A stretch of 56,325 nt of DNA, the filler included, from Catajapyx aquilonaris (taxonomy: Eukaryota), in NCBI GenBank assembly GCA_000934665.2. It is 3 parts of 3 records of this genome, joined end to end, with 100 filler letters (N's around TTAATTAATTAA, not from the genome) between each part and the next. Parts side by side here need not be neighbours in the genome. Positions count along the whole stretch, not along the records: positions 18,798 to 37,531 come from KZ539569.1; positions 37,632 to 56,325 come from JYFJ02006634.1; 1 more part is not named here. One strand, given 5' to 3'. Positions 31,872 to 45,338 of the stretch are shown one piece after another. A program made the position numbers and the translations under genes. Within the stretch, counting starts at the first letter, position 1. Every line of letters starts with the position of its first letter. The notes beneath the pieces are model-generated. The model had not been told where the DNA came from. It was given only the letters and a program-made list of their open reading frames with translations, and did no database searches.

Positions 31872-33485
31872 GCATATGAAGTAAAATATGGTTTGAGATC
31901 ATCATTTTATACTTATTTATTTATTTATACTTATTTATACTTTTATATTTAAGAAAATAAGCGAAAAGATATTATGAGATATTGAAAACTCAGTAACATG
32001 GCATGGGGGAGGGGGACATCGAAATATTAGCTTGCCTCGGGTGACAAAGATCCTATTTTATCTACTCTCCCACCCCCTTACTCCCCCGCCCCCCAACGAT
32101 ACCCATCCTCTCCAGTCTCCAGTCTCTCCACCACCATCTGATTTGTGACACAGGGTCAGGCTCGGGTCCACCACTTCCGATCCCCTGCATCAAAGTCGTG
32201 ACAGAACTACGGTATAAATAATTATTATTTTGGAGGAAATTAGACATTATACCTGGGCTCTCTATAAGCACACGAAGAAGCAAAAATCACAATTTTAGTG
32301 AATTATTATTTTCTGCCCTTCTAAAGCCAATATCCCGTGATGGTTTAAATCAAATATCAGACCTGTCCCAATGGACAATAACATACTATGCACATGCAAT
32401 ATTGTAACTGAAAGTTATATAGATAAAAGTGAACAAGCTGATTACCTTGTTTGGGTTCCTCACTTATGCAAAATACAAATTAAATCCTGTTATTATTAAA
32501 TGGTTGTATGTGTATTATTATTTGTGGTTTATTTGAAATCTGGAGGGACAATTTAAAAGCTGCTCAAGTGCTAGCCATGGGAAGAATGCGAGCCTTTTTG
32601 TTTGTTCCTAACGTGTTCTCGTAACACTCATGACCTATATACCAAGGGTATTCAACTAGTTTCTGACAAGGTCCAGTATTTACCTTTCCTGGGCCATATT
32701 GAAGGTCCGGACGCCCCCCCCCCCCGGATAAAAATATATAATTATAGATTTTATAAGGTACCACAGGTCCACGGGTTCATATTCTAAAATATAAACATGT
32801 GCAGCAAGGATAGAAGGGCCTATCAAGACAGAGCATATGAAGACATTTTCGCCCTTTATGATGTCCTGTACAAGCACGTAGGCAGAAGAATTTGGGGGGG
32901 GGGGGGGGGGCATTTCGTAAGCACAAGGTGAACAAGCCATAAAGGGCGGGGAAGGAGCCCGCCGCAGGGGAATTTTTTGGGGGGTTCAAGGTCACACGAA
33001 CTTAGGTGAGATGTGGGAGATTTGAATGGGTGTGTATTTGATGAAATTGGTAGCACTTTTTCCAAAAAAATCATGAATTAGTAATTTATCATGCTATTTC
33101 AAACTGTCCTGTATATTGTCGCGGTCCGGACAAAATTGCGTCGCGGTCCGCATCCGGACCGTAGTCCGCCACCCTGCTATATACGGTTGTCAATAGTCAT
33201 CGCTTTTTTTGGTGGGAGGTACACTTACGATCGGTTTCTGTCCAAATAATGAGCCAATTGAAACCAATCATTGAGCTATAACGAACTGTGAAATGAAATC
33301 ACGGAGGAATCCAGATCAGGTCAAATCGAATCATGATGTGATTTTCTCGCAATGTTGCCGAGGAAACGAAACCCAAAGGAGAAAAACGAAATCTCTTTCG
33401 GACAGACGTCTCTTGTCAATGGTTTCTATTTTTTAAATAATTATTCACTCCTGTGGAGAACACATCCACATAATTTATATAGGTA

Positions 33486-34228
33486 CAGAGTGTTCCAAAA
33501 AGTGTTCCCAGTAAAGAACCAATGCAGTTCCGGAAGTATTCCATAATTATATTTTATTCAAATTTGCCAGGAAGGTGGCACATATAATATATTATGATCA
33601 AGTTTTTGTACAAAAAGTCACACCTCCACATGTCCACCCTGGCGTCGAAGACACAGCTTAAACCGTTCTTCAGCTGCTCGCCAGGTGTAGCATGTACGGA
33701 TACATCTCCAGCATTTTCCGTACGATGCGGTGCATCGAACTCAGTGGGATACCTATCCATCTCCAGGGATCCCCGACGCAGGGTCTTCTGCGGACTCTTC
33801 AACATGGCTTCCCTCACCTGTTCAACACGATAAGTTGCAGGTGGACGCCCAGAGCTCTTACCATGGACGATGCAGCCTGTCGAAACTCCGGAACCACTTA
33901 AGGATGGACTTGTTGGAGGGTGGGTCTTTGCCATAGAGTCGCCGGAACTCTCTTCGCACTCTAGTGACACTTTTCAGTTCAGCGAAAAAGAGTAGGCCTA
34001 CACACTTTGCTTTTACTGAAGATGTATCTGTACAAGCTATACACCTGGCGAGCTGCTGAAGAACGGTTTAAGCTGTCTTCGACGCCTGGGTGGACATGTG
34101 GAGGTGTGACTTTTTGTACAAAAACTTGATCATATGTGCCACCTTCCCTGCAAATTTGAATAAAATATATGGAATACTTCCGGAACTGCATTGGTTCTTT
34201 ACTGGTACCACCTTTTTGGAACACCCTT
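33486..34228 (-). mobile_element. Second copy of the 23006-23736 Tc1/mariner deletion derivative
   Basis: Collinear and highly similar to 23006-23736 in both termini and internal transposase fragment, with small indels and a duplicated terminal TTTGGAACACC. Confidence 0.9.
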
Positions 34229-35561
34229 TTGGAACACCTATTTATGACAGGCGTGTCATTGCTAGGTGTAGCCTACCAAGTAACTGTTTGGAACAACAGA
34301 TAATTTATGGAAATTTAACTGCTGCAGTAAGAGTGATATGCGGAAGAAAAGCGCGACAATGTTGTCATGAATATTACTTGGATTGTTATGAAATAATTAT
34401 TCGGGTTAGCCGTGGCTCCGACCCCTCTTGACCCCGCGAGTACTCCTCCACCTCCCCCATCGTCTTTCCCCCACTGCCGTTTTACCCTTCCCCCCAGCTC
34501 ACTTTGAGAGAACCTACTCGGGCCATCATCAGAGTCGGAATGACCAGTGCGCAACCCGCTCGCGCAACCAGTTCCCCCGCCCCTCGCGTCACGTGATCGC
34601 GGTGGAGAGCCAATCAGAGTGGTTTGGGGGCGTGATTGACAGGACCAACCCCCAGAAGTAAAGCCACTTTCATCGCTGATGAGCGGGAGGGCATGGTGGT
34701 CTTGTGGTATGACACCGGCCTATAAAATGAAAGGTCGGGGGATCAAAACTCGCCCAGCCACCATGCCCGGGGCAGATCCGCACTCCCTACTCTGCCCGGG
34801 ATTATCAGAAATCCTCCCTTGGGAACCACCCATGACCAGGATTATCACAATAAAAGTACAATAAAATTTTTTTTATTGATATTAATTACAGGACTGATGC
34901 AGTAATAATGATCAAGTCGTAAAATGGGTTTCAAATATTAGTTAGCTATTATAAAATATAGGCTACTATTATATTTATTATATACGGTACAGGTATATGT
35001 ATGAAGCATTCCATGTCAACTAGACCCCCCCCCCCCTCCCCTACTAACAAACCCGAGTATGATGTAGCAAGCGCTTGGTTGTAGTACCCATGTTTCTGAG
35101 CAAGGGCCTCGTTTTGTTTGTCCCTGCGACGCGTGGTTGCATAACTACAGTCTGTGAAAGATACGGATTTTTGCCAATTTTGCCTCCGCCCGCCATCAGT
35201 TGGAGGGCCATAACTTCGGAAGGCTTTGGCATATCCGAAATGTGATTACTGAAATGGGAACTGAGCTATGGTAACACCCTTTCATATGGTAGGAATCATG
35301 TTTTTTTAAAGTCAAAATTTCGAATTAGACATGGCGGCCAAATTTTTGATTAGAATCTTATCAAATATTGACCGTCAAAAAAATCGAATTGCGCTTAAAT
35401 TGAAGCCTGGAATGTTTTATTGACAATAATTAGGCAAAATCTAGAAGGGGCGAATTTCGATATTAGGCAGATATAAAAACATTTTGTGAGCCAAAATATG
35501 TAGTTACCTCAATTGGCAACAAAATTTCACAAATATTTTTGGTTTAATAATAATTAATACT

Positions 35562-36262
35562 GCATGTTACTATGAGAAAGCCTGATTCGAAAACTCGATC
35601 TAGGTAATAGTAAATACAGATGTCAATGGCCAATTTTAAAAGAGACGCCCATTTTAGAACGCTTTGAGGAAGGAGCAAGTTTCAGAAATTTTATTGCCGT
35701 GTACAATATTGCCGTTCCAGGGACGCATGCAACAATGGTATTTGGCATGATTAATTTGTGTTGGGTGGTTTAACAGGGTCATTGTTGTAAGGAAGAACGG
35801 ATTTTATCGCGCAAAAGTGGAAAGAGAAACGAAGATTCTCCCAGGCTCCAACTCGGAGCACACTAATCTTTTCCCACTAATACGGTATTGTTGACAGTCA
35901 GTTCCAATTTGCTTCCAGTGATGAATCTTGATAAACCACCCAACACAAATAATTAATCATGCCAAATACCATTGTTGCATGTGCCCCGCCTGGACCTGCA
36001 ACGAGCCAACAGCTACCTCATTGTTGCTTTACAACACTTCAAAAAATTATTGTTGAAATGGAAGCTTGACAATTGACTTAGACATCCGTACACGGCAATA
36101 AAATTTCTGAAACTTGCTCCTTCCTCAAAGCGTTTAAAAATGGGCGGCTCATCCAACTTAACGAGGTTTATCTATTAAAATTGGTCATTGACATCTGTAT
36201 TTAGCCTACTATCACCTAGCGTCCTAGCTAGATAGAGTTTACGAATCAGGCTCATAACATGC
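35562..36262. repeat. Large imperfect inverted repeat (foldback/MITE remnant)
   Basis: 35562-35772 (AACGCTTTGAGGAAGGAGCAAGTTTCAGAAATTTTATTGCCGTGTAC; CAACAATGGTATTTGGCATGATTAATT) is mirrored in 35932-36262, with insertions. Confidence 0.8.
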
Positions 36263-36595
36263 GATATGAATTATTAAAGCAATAATATTGGTGAAAATCA
36301 TGTAAAATTGGTTTTGATGATCAAAGTCATTTAAAAGTAATTAAAGAAAATCTTGCATCACTTCTACTGTGGTATAAGCTGATTCTAGTGATGAATATGG
36401 TGGCACAAGCAGTGTAATATAGAGACGTCCAGAAATGATGATTAGTTTTCTGAGTTCCATTTTTGTACAAGTTGGCATAGCTTATAGACCATGTACGCAA
36501 AAAATGTAAGTGAATAACCCCTTGGGACGACTTGGGATATCCTGTATATCCCGAGAGCAGCCCACGGACACTTATACTACGTTCTGGCGTTATCA

Positions 36596-36885
36596 CCTGC
36601 CGAGGGATTACGCACCGGGTGGCCACTTGAGATCGCTACGAGACATTTCCCAAGGCTATCATGTGGCGACCCTACCGGACTAAGGCTGAACTTTAGATGT
36701 ACAAAGGGGAGGGCTACATTGGGGGGCCCAACATGGCCGCTGGCGGCCATATTGGGCCAGCATGTAGCCCTCCCCTTCGTACCCGTAAAGTTCAGCCTTA
36801 GTCCGGTAGGGTCGCCACATGATAGCCTTGGGAAATGTCTCGTAGCGATCTCAAGTGGCCACCCGGTGCGTAATCCTTCGGCAGG
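36596..36885. repeat. 290-bp GC-rich near-perfect palindrome
   Basis: CCTGCCGAGGGATTACGCACCGGGTGGCCACTTGAGATCGCTACGAGAC... pairs with ...GTCTCGTAGCGATCTCAAGTGGCCACCCGGTGCGTAATCCTTCGGCAGG; centre at 36741-36742. Confidence 0.92.
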
Positions 36886-37531
36886 GGGTGGGTGGGGAGT
36901 GACCTAATCTGAGTCTTCAATAACCATGCCCGAGAGATATCCAGTGCCGACCGCTGTCGACCAATCCCGCGCGAAAATTTCTGCAGAACCTGGCTACCTT
37001 GCTGGCTACCATGCATTTCAGTGCTGCGGTTATTAACCATACCTGGTTATAGCACAGAATTCAGTTAATTATCTATATTGTAAGACCACCAAATTATTAA
37101 TTTTCAAATTTTAAAGATTCAGTGTGTGCGTCCTGCGTCTGGCAACTCACTTGTGCATGCCTTATTGCCTTCTTCGGAGTTCGGATCTTCTTACATTCCT
37201 GCGGCAGGATCGGACAGCAACGCAGGATCATGGTCTGAGGAGGCTGCATTGGCGCTTGTCGAACGTCATATCAGGGCAAGTGTGTATGGAAGGGACTGGT
37301 ACAGGTTTGAGTCGGAGGGCATTGCCTGGGCCCTGGGGATGGAATCATTTGGATGGATACTTGTGACGGTCGATAAGGCGTGAATGTCTCAAGTCACGGC
37401 ATCGTACATTTTTAATATTTTCGCATTCCGGGTGGCATATTAACAATCTGTACATGGCTAGAGAGACAGGCGGCCTGGGCCCCGCCCTCCCTCGCTCCGA
37501 TTGGTCCTGCGTCTGGCGCGCTTTTAAAAAC

Positions 37532-37631
37532 NNNNNNNNNNNNNNNNNNNNNNNNNNNNNNNNNNNNNNNNNNNNTTAATTAATTAANNNNNNNNNNNNN
37601 NNNNNNNNNNNNNNNNNNNNNNNNNNNNNNN
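37532..37631. other. Artificial 100-nt scaffold linker (N...TTAATTAATTAA...N)
   Basis: Same structure as 18698-18797. Confidence 0.92.
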
Positions 37632-37951
37632 TCGCGCGTGTTCATGCCGTGTAGTTGCCTATGGTAGTTGCCATGGCCGCCAAAACCATCAAAGATGGCG
37701 GACCCTATTTTTGCCTGTACCCTATTTATACCTCGTTGGCGTTGCCCACACTTCAGAAGGGCCCCCAGCCTTGGCAACGGCCCCAAACAGAGAGACGCGG
37801 ACATCAAAGGCGCCGACAGAAGTTTGCGCCTCTTTTGTAGTATATGCTCCCTGGCTTATTAGCTGAGACTAGTCTGACACTTCAGACGTTTCGTCGAACA
37901 GAACAGCAGAGATTCCAGCTTCATAAATGGATTACATCGGTGATTTCTTCT

Positions 37952-38017
37952 CCGCAGCTCATCTCTTTCGTATCGTAGCACAGTGTTCGGCTACGATACG
38001 AAAGAGATGAGCTACGG
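37952..38017. repeat. 28-bp stem hairpin with 10-nt loop
   Basis: CCGCAGCTCATCTCTTTCGTATCGTAGC-acagtgttcg-GCTACGATACGAAAGAGATGAGCTACGG, one mismatch. Confidence 0.85.
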
Positions 38018-39819
38018 CTACGAGCTGTGGAGATCACGTGACCTTAAATGCCCCGCCTCCTCTAGCATCACGGTTGGAAATAGTGTCTGGAGAGGCCGAC
38101 AGATGGCCACACTCTCTCTTGCTTATAGATTAGTCTCTCCTGGCGGATTCCAACCATCTTATCGAAACGAGACCGAAACAGTTTTCGTTTCGATCGGTCT
38201 CGAATTCATTCATTCTCTGGAATGTTCTATAGTTTGCAAATGGCGGACGGGTTTCGGCCAGGGTTTCGGCCCGTGTGTTCTTCTCCATCCCAAGCCGATG
38301 AAGGTGGGTTGGCCCCGGGGTCTTGGCGTGGGCTGTCGGATGCAGGAGGATCTTGTGGTGGCCTGGAACATCGGAATTTTACTGTACTCTACTTATATCT
38401 AGCCTCGTTGTTCCCAGGGAAAGCACTGAATGAGTCTGCCCAGTCCCAGATAATTTTTGTAACCATGTATGTGTGTTTAGCATTGGAGAGAGTAATTGGT
38501 TCAGTCAGGTGGTTAACAGGCAGTATAGAACAATTTTGTGGGATATCCGCAACAGTACGGTAACTTTTATAAGGTAATTGATGATCCGGACCAAATATAG
38601 GCATGCTCTAGTTGGTGTCATGATGATGAAGTCTGCCGTAATGTGAAGCTAATTTTTTTCAAGATGCAAAACTTACATGCTTAAGTTTGATCCTCACGGT
38701 TTCCAGCGCTAATGTATGTGAATCACTGTTGATGAAAACGAGTGGCGAGCAGAGCATGCCCGCCCACATACTGCATGGATCAATCATGGCAGACTGATGT
38801 GTGTTGGTCACACATGGACTAAGTCAGTTGTTCTGGATGATGGGCACCAACATTCATCGCTGGCTGGTGAAGTTGTATGATTTGGAAGTCATGTCTAAGC
38901 AAATGGTTAGGCTAGCAGTTCTGTGATTGGTACCAGATCAAAAAAGACGTCCAGAAATCTGGACGACCGGCCATGCTGGCCACTACTGTCAGTAATGGCC
39001 TCACTTCTGCCTTAGTCCACATAACCAACACACGTCACTATGTCACGATTCCTCCTGGTGGAATGTGGGCAGGCACGCCAAGACCCTCCGTTTATGCACA
39101 AAGCAGGTATTTATAGGACACAAACTTCATTTATTTTATTAGTCTGGCATTGCCATGACCAACCAATTGTAATAATGCTGTCACTGAAGCAGTAATGAAA
39201 ATGCTGCCATTGCACAATTAAATTCTTGATTAATCAATCATACCCCCACTTTTTTTTTCTGCTGTCGACACTGACTGGTATTGTGCCAGTCTTTTGGTAG
39301 CAATATGTTTTGGATTTAATTCCTGTCAAGTAAGGTCGTAAGGATATACCTAGTGTCTTGAATTCAGAACTTATAAGTGGCATTATGGAAGCAGGGTGTG
39401 TTACAATGTTTCCTACCTGCATTTCTATGCATTGCATACCGTGAATGTATCCAAGGCCAACTTTTTTAGTCGAAATGAGCTGGTGGCCAGATGGTTCATA
39501 TGTAGGATGTTTTGTGAGACTGTACAAAATTCTTGGAACAAAACAGTATAGTTTTTGGCAACATTGATTTCTTACCAGGAAAAGTGCCTGATAATATTTG
39601 ATTTGTTTGGGTTTTATCACTAGGCATTTTTTCTTTCTTTTTTCAGTGGGGCTTAACGGAATTTTTCTGTTAAGGTGCATGTGTGATAGAGACTGAAAAT
39701 TAAGGCAGACTCTTTTCTTATTTTCAGATTTCAAAGGGCACTCTACTTTGCATCACGTTTGGGTCCAATGAAAAATATTTTCTTCTCCGTTATTTCTGCT
39801 GTTTGCAAGCAATCTCGCC

Positions 39820-41560
39820 AACATATGGACAACTACCAGGACTTGGAGGATTTCGCAGAACTGGACAGACATCAGTGCGAAGTGTTTGTAAAAAAAAAAG
39901 CGTACAAGTATCATGAAGCAACAGTACCGACCTTGCCCGGTGACTCACATGCACAAAGCATTTGAGGACTTGAGTGGAAGAGATGGAAGAACTAAGGAGG
40001 AGGCCTGTGGGAAGGAGGGAAGGGAAGGGCTTCAATCCCCTAACCATCAAGAGATCTCTTGCGAGGTACTGGTGGGGACAAGGAAAGAAGTTGGGAAGAA
40101 GACCGTTGCCGCCACATTCCACATTCCTGCTTGTGTGAGAGCTACAAAATGTTCGAAGCACAGGTCACATATGGGAAATTCTCATGGGTTGGTTGGTCAT
40201 GTTGTTTCCTTTGCTCATGTATCAATTCCTGCATTCGGCTCATAGTTCACAAGGTTGTTCAAAGGCCTTGGTCGTCTATAGCGATCTAAAGAAATGCACC
40301 ACCAAGTGGTCATGTAACTGCAATACCGGTACTAACAACTGTGTTAATCACTGCATTTCATGATAATCTAGGCTATTTTCGTGACACTTGGCATGATTAC
40401 AGGAGTTATTTTCTAGAAAGCAATGTGATCAAGTCGTAATTACAAGGATTTAAACCTGGTATAAGAGTCATTAATTGGTTTCGTGACATCAATAGGGATT
40501 TGACTGCAAAAACTAGCCAAGCACATGGCCTTCAGACTTTATTACTGGAAGAGCATAAGTGCGATTAGGTCTGTTCACATAAAGTTATGATCATTTGCAT
40601 TACTTTCCTGCATTTTAAGAGATGCTATTGCATTAAGTTAGGGATTATGTTGTAACGAGTAACCTCATGTATGAGTGCCATCAAATATACTTGTCCGAAG
40701 CAAAATGGGTGTCCTTTGTCATTTGTCAGAGGCACTTGTGAGGTAAAATAATTTCAGATGGCAGAGAAGAAATATTGCATTTTTACATAATTATTTATGT
40801 TCAAAGATCACTGGAGGTGATACTGCAAAAGAGAAATTGGAGGTTGGTCTCCAGAACACCCATGTCTGCCAGTTGTGTTTGCCACTCACCAGAACTGACA
40901 TACCTTTAATCTTGAAAATTATCCTTTTGCAATGCAATATCTGATATTTCAGATTCGTGGTCCTCTTCAATTAGTCAACACTGCTGTCCTTCCAGTCGTA
41001 ACCTTGCCATTGCTTAGGCAGTGTACGGACTGTTCTAGATGGCTTGTAAAGTTCACGATACTCTTCTGATTGGACAATTATCTCGTTTTCTTGATGCGCA
41101 TTTCGATTGCTTCAAGAACTAGATCAGGTGGTACATAGAGTGGCTTCTGACTGGGCTCTGAAAGATGGTGGCGCATCATGGAGGATTTTTGCTACCTCTT
41201 CAATCGTGGTGATATTTTTGTTTTGTCCCTCACGTTTGTCTGCAAAAGATGGGATGTGGTTGATTCCGCTTATGTTCTGATGATTGACTCAGTTTGTGAT
41301 CCTCTGACCAAGCAAATATGTCCACATATTTAGGATCCAACCATTCTGCGCCTTCTGCCTGCTGAGATGTCATAATGGTACTGATTTAAGAGTATATTGG
41401 GCTGTATGTTTCCAATTTGGTTCATTATATAGAGGGGCTCCCCTTGTGTTGGTCTTTAGCTGAACTTGGGTTGTAGTGTCATTGGTATAGCGTTGGGTGT
41501 GAACAAGGCTTGGCCTCATCTTTGCAATAATGCTTTTGGCACCGTAAATAATAATCACCA
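39820..41560. pseudogene. Decayed coding remnants in convergent orientation, possibly a Kolobok-type transposon
   Basis: Plus strand: ...RSLARYWWGQGKKLGRR / HIPACVRA. Minus strand: YGAKSIIAKMRPSLVH...QLKTNTRGAPLYNEPNWKHTAQYTLKSV. Only a weak by-eye resemblance. Confidence 0.25.
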
Positions 41561-44500
41561 AGTAGGTCCCTCCCAAACTGTCTAGCCTGGCGGAATCATT
41601 GGACTTTGATGTATCCAGCGCAGCAGATTCATCTGACACCAACTCACCCAGTCTGGCTGAATCTTCGGGGTTCAGCGAACCACGGGACCAATCTCCCAAC
41701 TCGTATCCTTACGCCCAGGGTGGGAGGCATGCCCACAATTCGGCAATTGGGTGTGGGGTAGTCCTCGGCAGTTGCTGTGGAGCCTGTAGGTGAAGGGCCG
41801 GCACTTTGAAAGGTCCCTGGATCACCGGAAGCTCGCATCAGCCGAATCGTGGTCACTATGCTCATAGGTGCATCCTTGGTGGAACTTTGCATCTCATTGT
41901 GTCTTCGCTGGTTTATCAAAGACTTGTCTGATAAATTACACTGACAACATTTAAAGTATGAATAGCTATCTTAATGCAGGTACCTTGTAGATGGTTGTTA
42001 AATATATCCAAGATAATAATGTTATGCCACACGGCTCAAAATAACAGATGTAGTAAATTTAAGACTGAACTGCCACTTCTGCATTCGTCAGTTGTAGACG
42101 AGATGAATGGGATGTAAGAAGGTAATGAGAAAACCAACTCTGATGGCTCTCATCAAATGCTTGCTGACCTAATGTCATCCTCAAGTCCTCATGCAATTTT
42201 GCATTTTATTGATTTATTTGATTTACTTTACCCCATTTTAGGCCCTTTTAGGGGGGGATCAATATATTTTGAGTTAATTCCCTTAATAACTGGTGATAAT
42301 GGGGGTGTAGCATTAATGTTAACTACACAAGACACTGTATAGGTATACACTATAGAAAATGGAAAGTCCTATTGCGAAATGCCCTTTGCCTCTCCATCAT
42401 ACTTAAGCCTGGGGCGTACTGTTTCATTCTTTTCTGCTTGATCCCCCTCTTTCGCAATGATTTTTGCAGACATATGTTGTTGTCGTCTCTTCTCTGAATG
42501 GCTGTCCCAAGTGTCCATCCACCTCTTCCTGCCTCCACATTTACGGCAAGGTTTTGTATTGTGTCCAACTATTTATCATTTTTGTCTATTTATTCTGACA
42601 ATAGAATGGTTGCAATTTTTGTGTGGGTAGATCACTTTGCAAGTTCAACTTTCATACTCAAAGACCTTTGAGTAGATTCCATATTAACAATTAAAGTTTA
42701 CTGTGGTTGTAATTATCTGTAATGTATTGTTACATTGTTGAATCTTTGATATTTGTATTTCCCGCCAAACTGTTCCGCCTACATTCCAGTCGCTTCCATC
42801 ACTGCGCATGTGCACAATCAGCCAATGACTGCCATCCATTCATCAAATCTGACCAATCAGCTTGCACGTACTGGATCGTGTAAATTCAAATCCCTGGTTT
42901 TTACACTGCGCGATGTGTGGGGGCACTCCTGGTGTGTGATTGGTCCGAATTGTAGTGTCTGATGTGACTGGACCAATCGGACGCCAGAGGACTGCGAAGG
43001 GTGTGTGCCGTGTGGTATTGCTGAAAGTGATGGCGTCGTATGATGTTCTCTCTTATCTTTTGCGGTCTTTCCCTCTCTGCCCCGGGGCCAGGGCTGGAGG
43101 ATGGAGTCGGGCGGGGGAGATGATCTCATAGCAGGTAATCTCATGCATAATAACATGTCGTGAGGTCGTAACAACTGAAAGTGCCACTCATGAAAATCAG
43201 GCCCTATTGTAGACATACAGTGAGTACAGGGAATGTTCTGAGTTTCCCTCTGCACTCATTGACACATTCGACTGGCGTCCTTTTTCGATTGTTGGTGTCC
43301 CCTGTGCTGGTCGGACAATGCTTTATCCGAGAGAGGTTTTCGGTCGTTAAAACCCATCTGGCATGACATAAATGTGGGCCACTCGGCTGACACAATCATC
43401 CATAATGGGTCCTGCAGTGTACTGTGACAACCCTGGGAGTTTTGGAAGGATTTTGTGAGAAATAATTACTTGACAAAGAGTTTGTTGGTGCGTTTGAAAT
43501 GATATGAACGTGAACAGAGTTGTTGATGGGAAGTATTGTTAGCACTAGAACAATTTAAGAACTGGTTGCCAACTTGTGAAATGAATAATACTCGAAAGAC
43601 CATGATCTCATGGGGAAAAAGTTTGAAAGCTCAGTGTTCTTTGGTGCCAGGCAGCCTTGATTTTGTGCCTCACTTTTCATAGGCTTATCCAGCCAGTCTC
43701 TTGCTGTGTTCATCGTGGAAGGGCTGTCGGCGCTGTACGTTTCCATTTTCTTTCCGATTGTACTCTATTCCCTTCCTGAATGCAGGGCCAACTTACGGTG
43801 CAATTTTTATTATTAAATATGGTGTTTTGTACTCAAATGATTTAAAATCAAGGCAGGGAATGGAGGTAGGAGGATAGAAGGAGGAAGAGATAGCGGGACA
43901 GCAGGTAATATGATTGAATCCCGTACATAATGAAAGTAGATCAAGCAGATGCATGCTCTGATCGTCGCTACTAGTGTGTCCATTGCATTGTATTGAAAGT
44001 TGTATTACTAAAGTACTATTGAAGTTGTATTTTCACTCCAGCATTGAGCTGATATATTTAATTGGCTTTTGCAAGTAAATGTTACTCCCTCATGTTTCTT
44101 GAATGGAATCCACACAGCTCCATTATCAAGTCATGGGGTCACACTCTCTTCATGCCACTGTAAAGTACAGGATGACACGAGCCTTGCCGTCCTTGGTATG
44201 GGCTGACTCTATATGAAATGTCTTTCTCGCATCCCTCACATCTCCTGTGAAGCAAACATGTGAATGGAGTTGTTTGGGATGGGCTGTTCTGTTATGTAAG
44301 GGATGGTAAGTAACTCCGTCTGGCCCTGGAGTTAGAAACTTTTTCTTTGCATGTAATGTGTGAAAACGATGAAAATGGCAGACAGACAGACCCTGAACTG
44401 GAAGTGTTGGTCTCGTTTCCTATCTCAGCGATAAGATCAAACTATCCGATGAAACACTGTCTGATCAAACACAATCTCCGTGGCTCTAAAGATACTTGAT

Positions 44501-45214
44501 TGGACCAAGTTGATAAGTTTATGACTAGAGAATAAGTCACTACAGAGTTTTATTACTGTTTTCGGCTGTTTGGAGCTGAAACTGTCAAATGTGGTAATGT
44601 TATGATGGGAGGTTGTGACGTTTCTGCACACTCACGTAGCCAATCAAATGGCTGTGAAAATTCTATTGAGTAAGCCCCTCTTCAGTAGTTTTATCTCATC
44701 GATACGATATCTGTTTCGAAAGGGTTGCATTCACTTGAGTGATCGAAAGTCCTGAGATTGAATAATGAATCTTTTCATACAGTTATTGTTATTCCACAGC
44801 AGTTGACACATTCTGGTTTTATTATAGACCTTATATTACTTTCGCCGGATTCAAGAATTCTGTCAACCTGATTAATAAGTTACGTAATGATTTTGATTGG
44901 AGACACTTTGTGCAGAATTGGTATTTTTGTGAGGGCCTCCGGACTGGGAAGACAATCCGAAGGGGCGTGTCCCCCAAAGTGGGGTGAAGTGAGCAGGCTA
45001 GAAAAGAGGTAGTCGACACAGGTTTATTTAGAACCAAATTATTATTTAAAAAAAATAATAATTACAAACAAATATGATCAAACAGGTGTGGTTATTCTTC
45101 GTTACACTCTTATGCTCTCTCCCCCTTCTTGTTCCCTCCTTGGGGCGCCATCTTGTGTTGCGGGCAGCCATCTTATGATGAGGGCAGCCATTTGCACAAC
45201 AAAAGAATTGACTA

Positions 45215-45338
45215 AAAGCCTTCTTCAGGGAGAAAACCTTAGCACGGTTTTTTAGCAAAAGAAAAATAAGTTGCTTACAAAACTTTAACTAAAAACCTTC
45301 TTCAGGGAGAAAACCGTAGCACGTTTTTTTAACAAAAT
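45215..45338 (+). repeat. Two direct copies of about 46 bp
   Basis: CCTTCTTCAGGGAGAAAACC(T/G)TAGCACG occurs at about 45219 and 45296. Confidence 0.85.
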
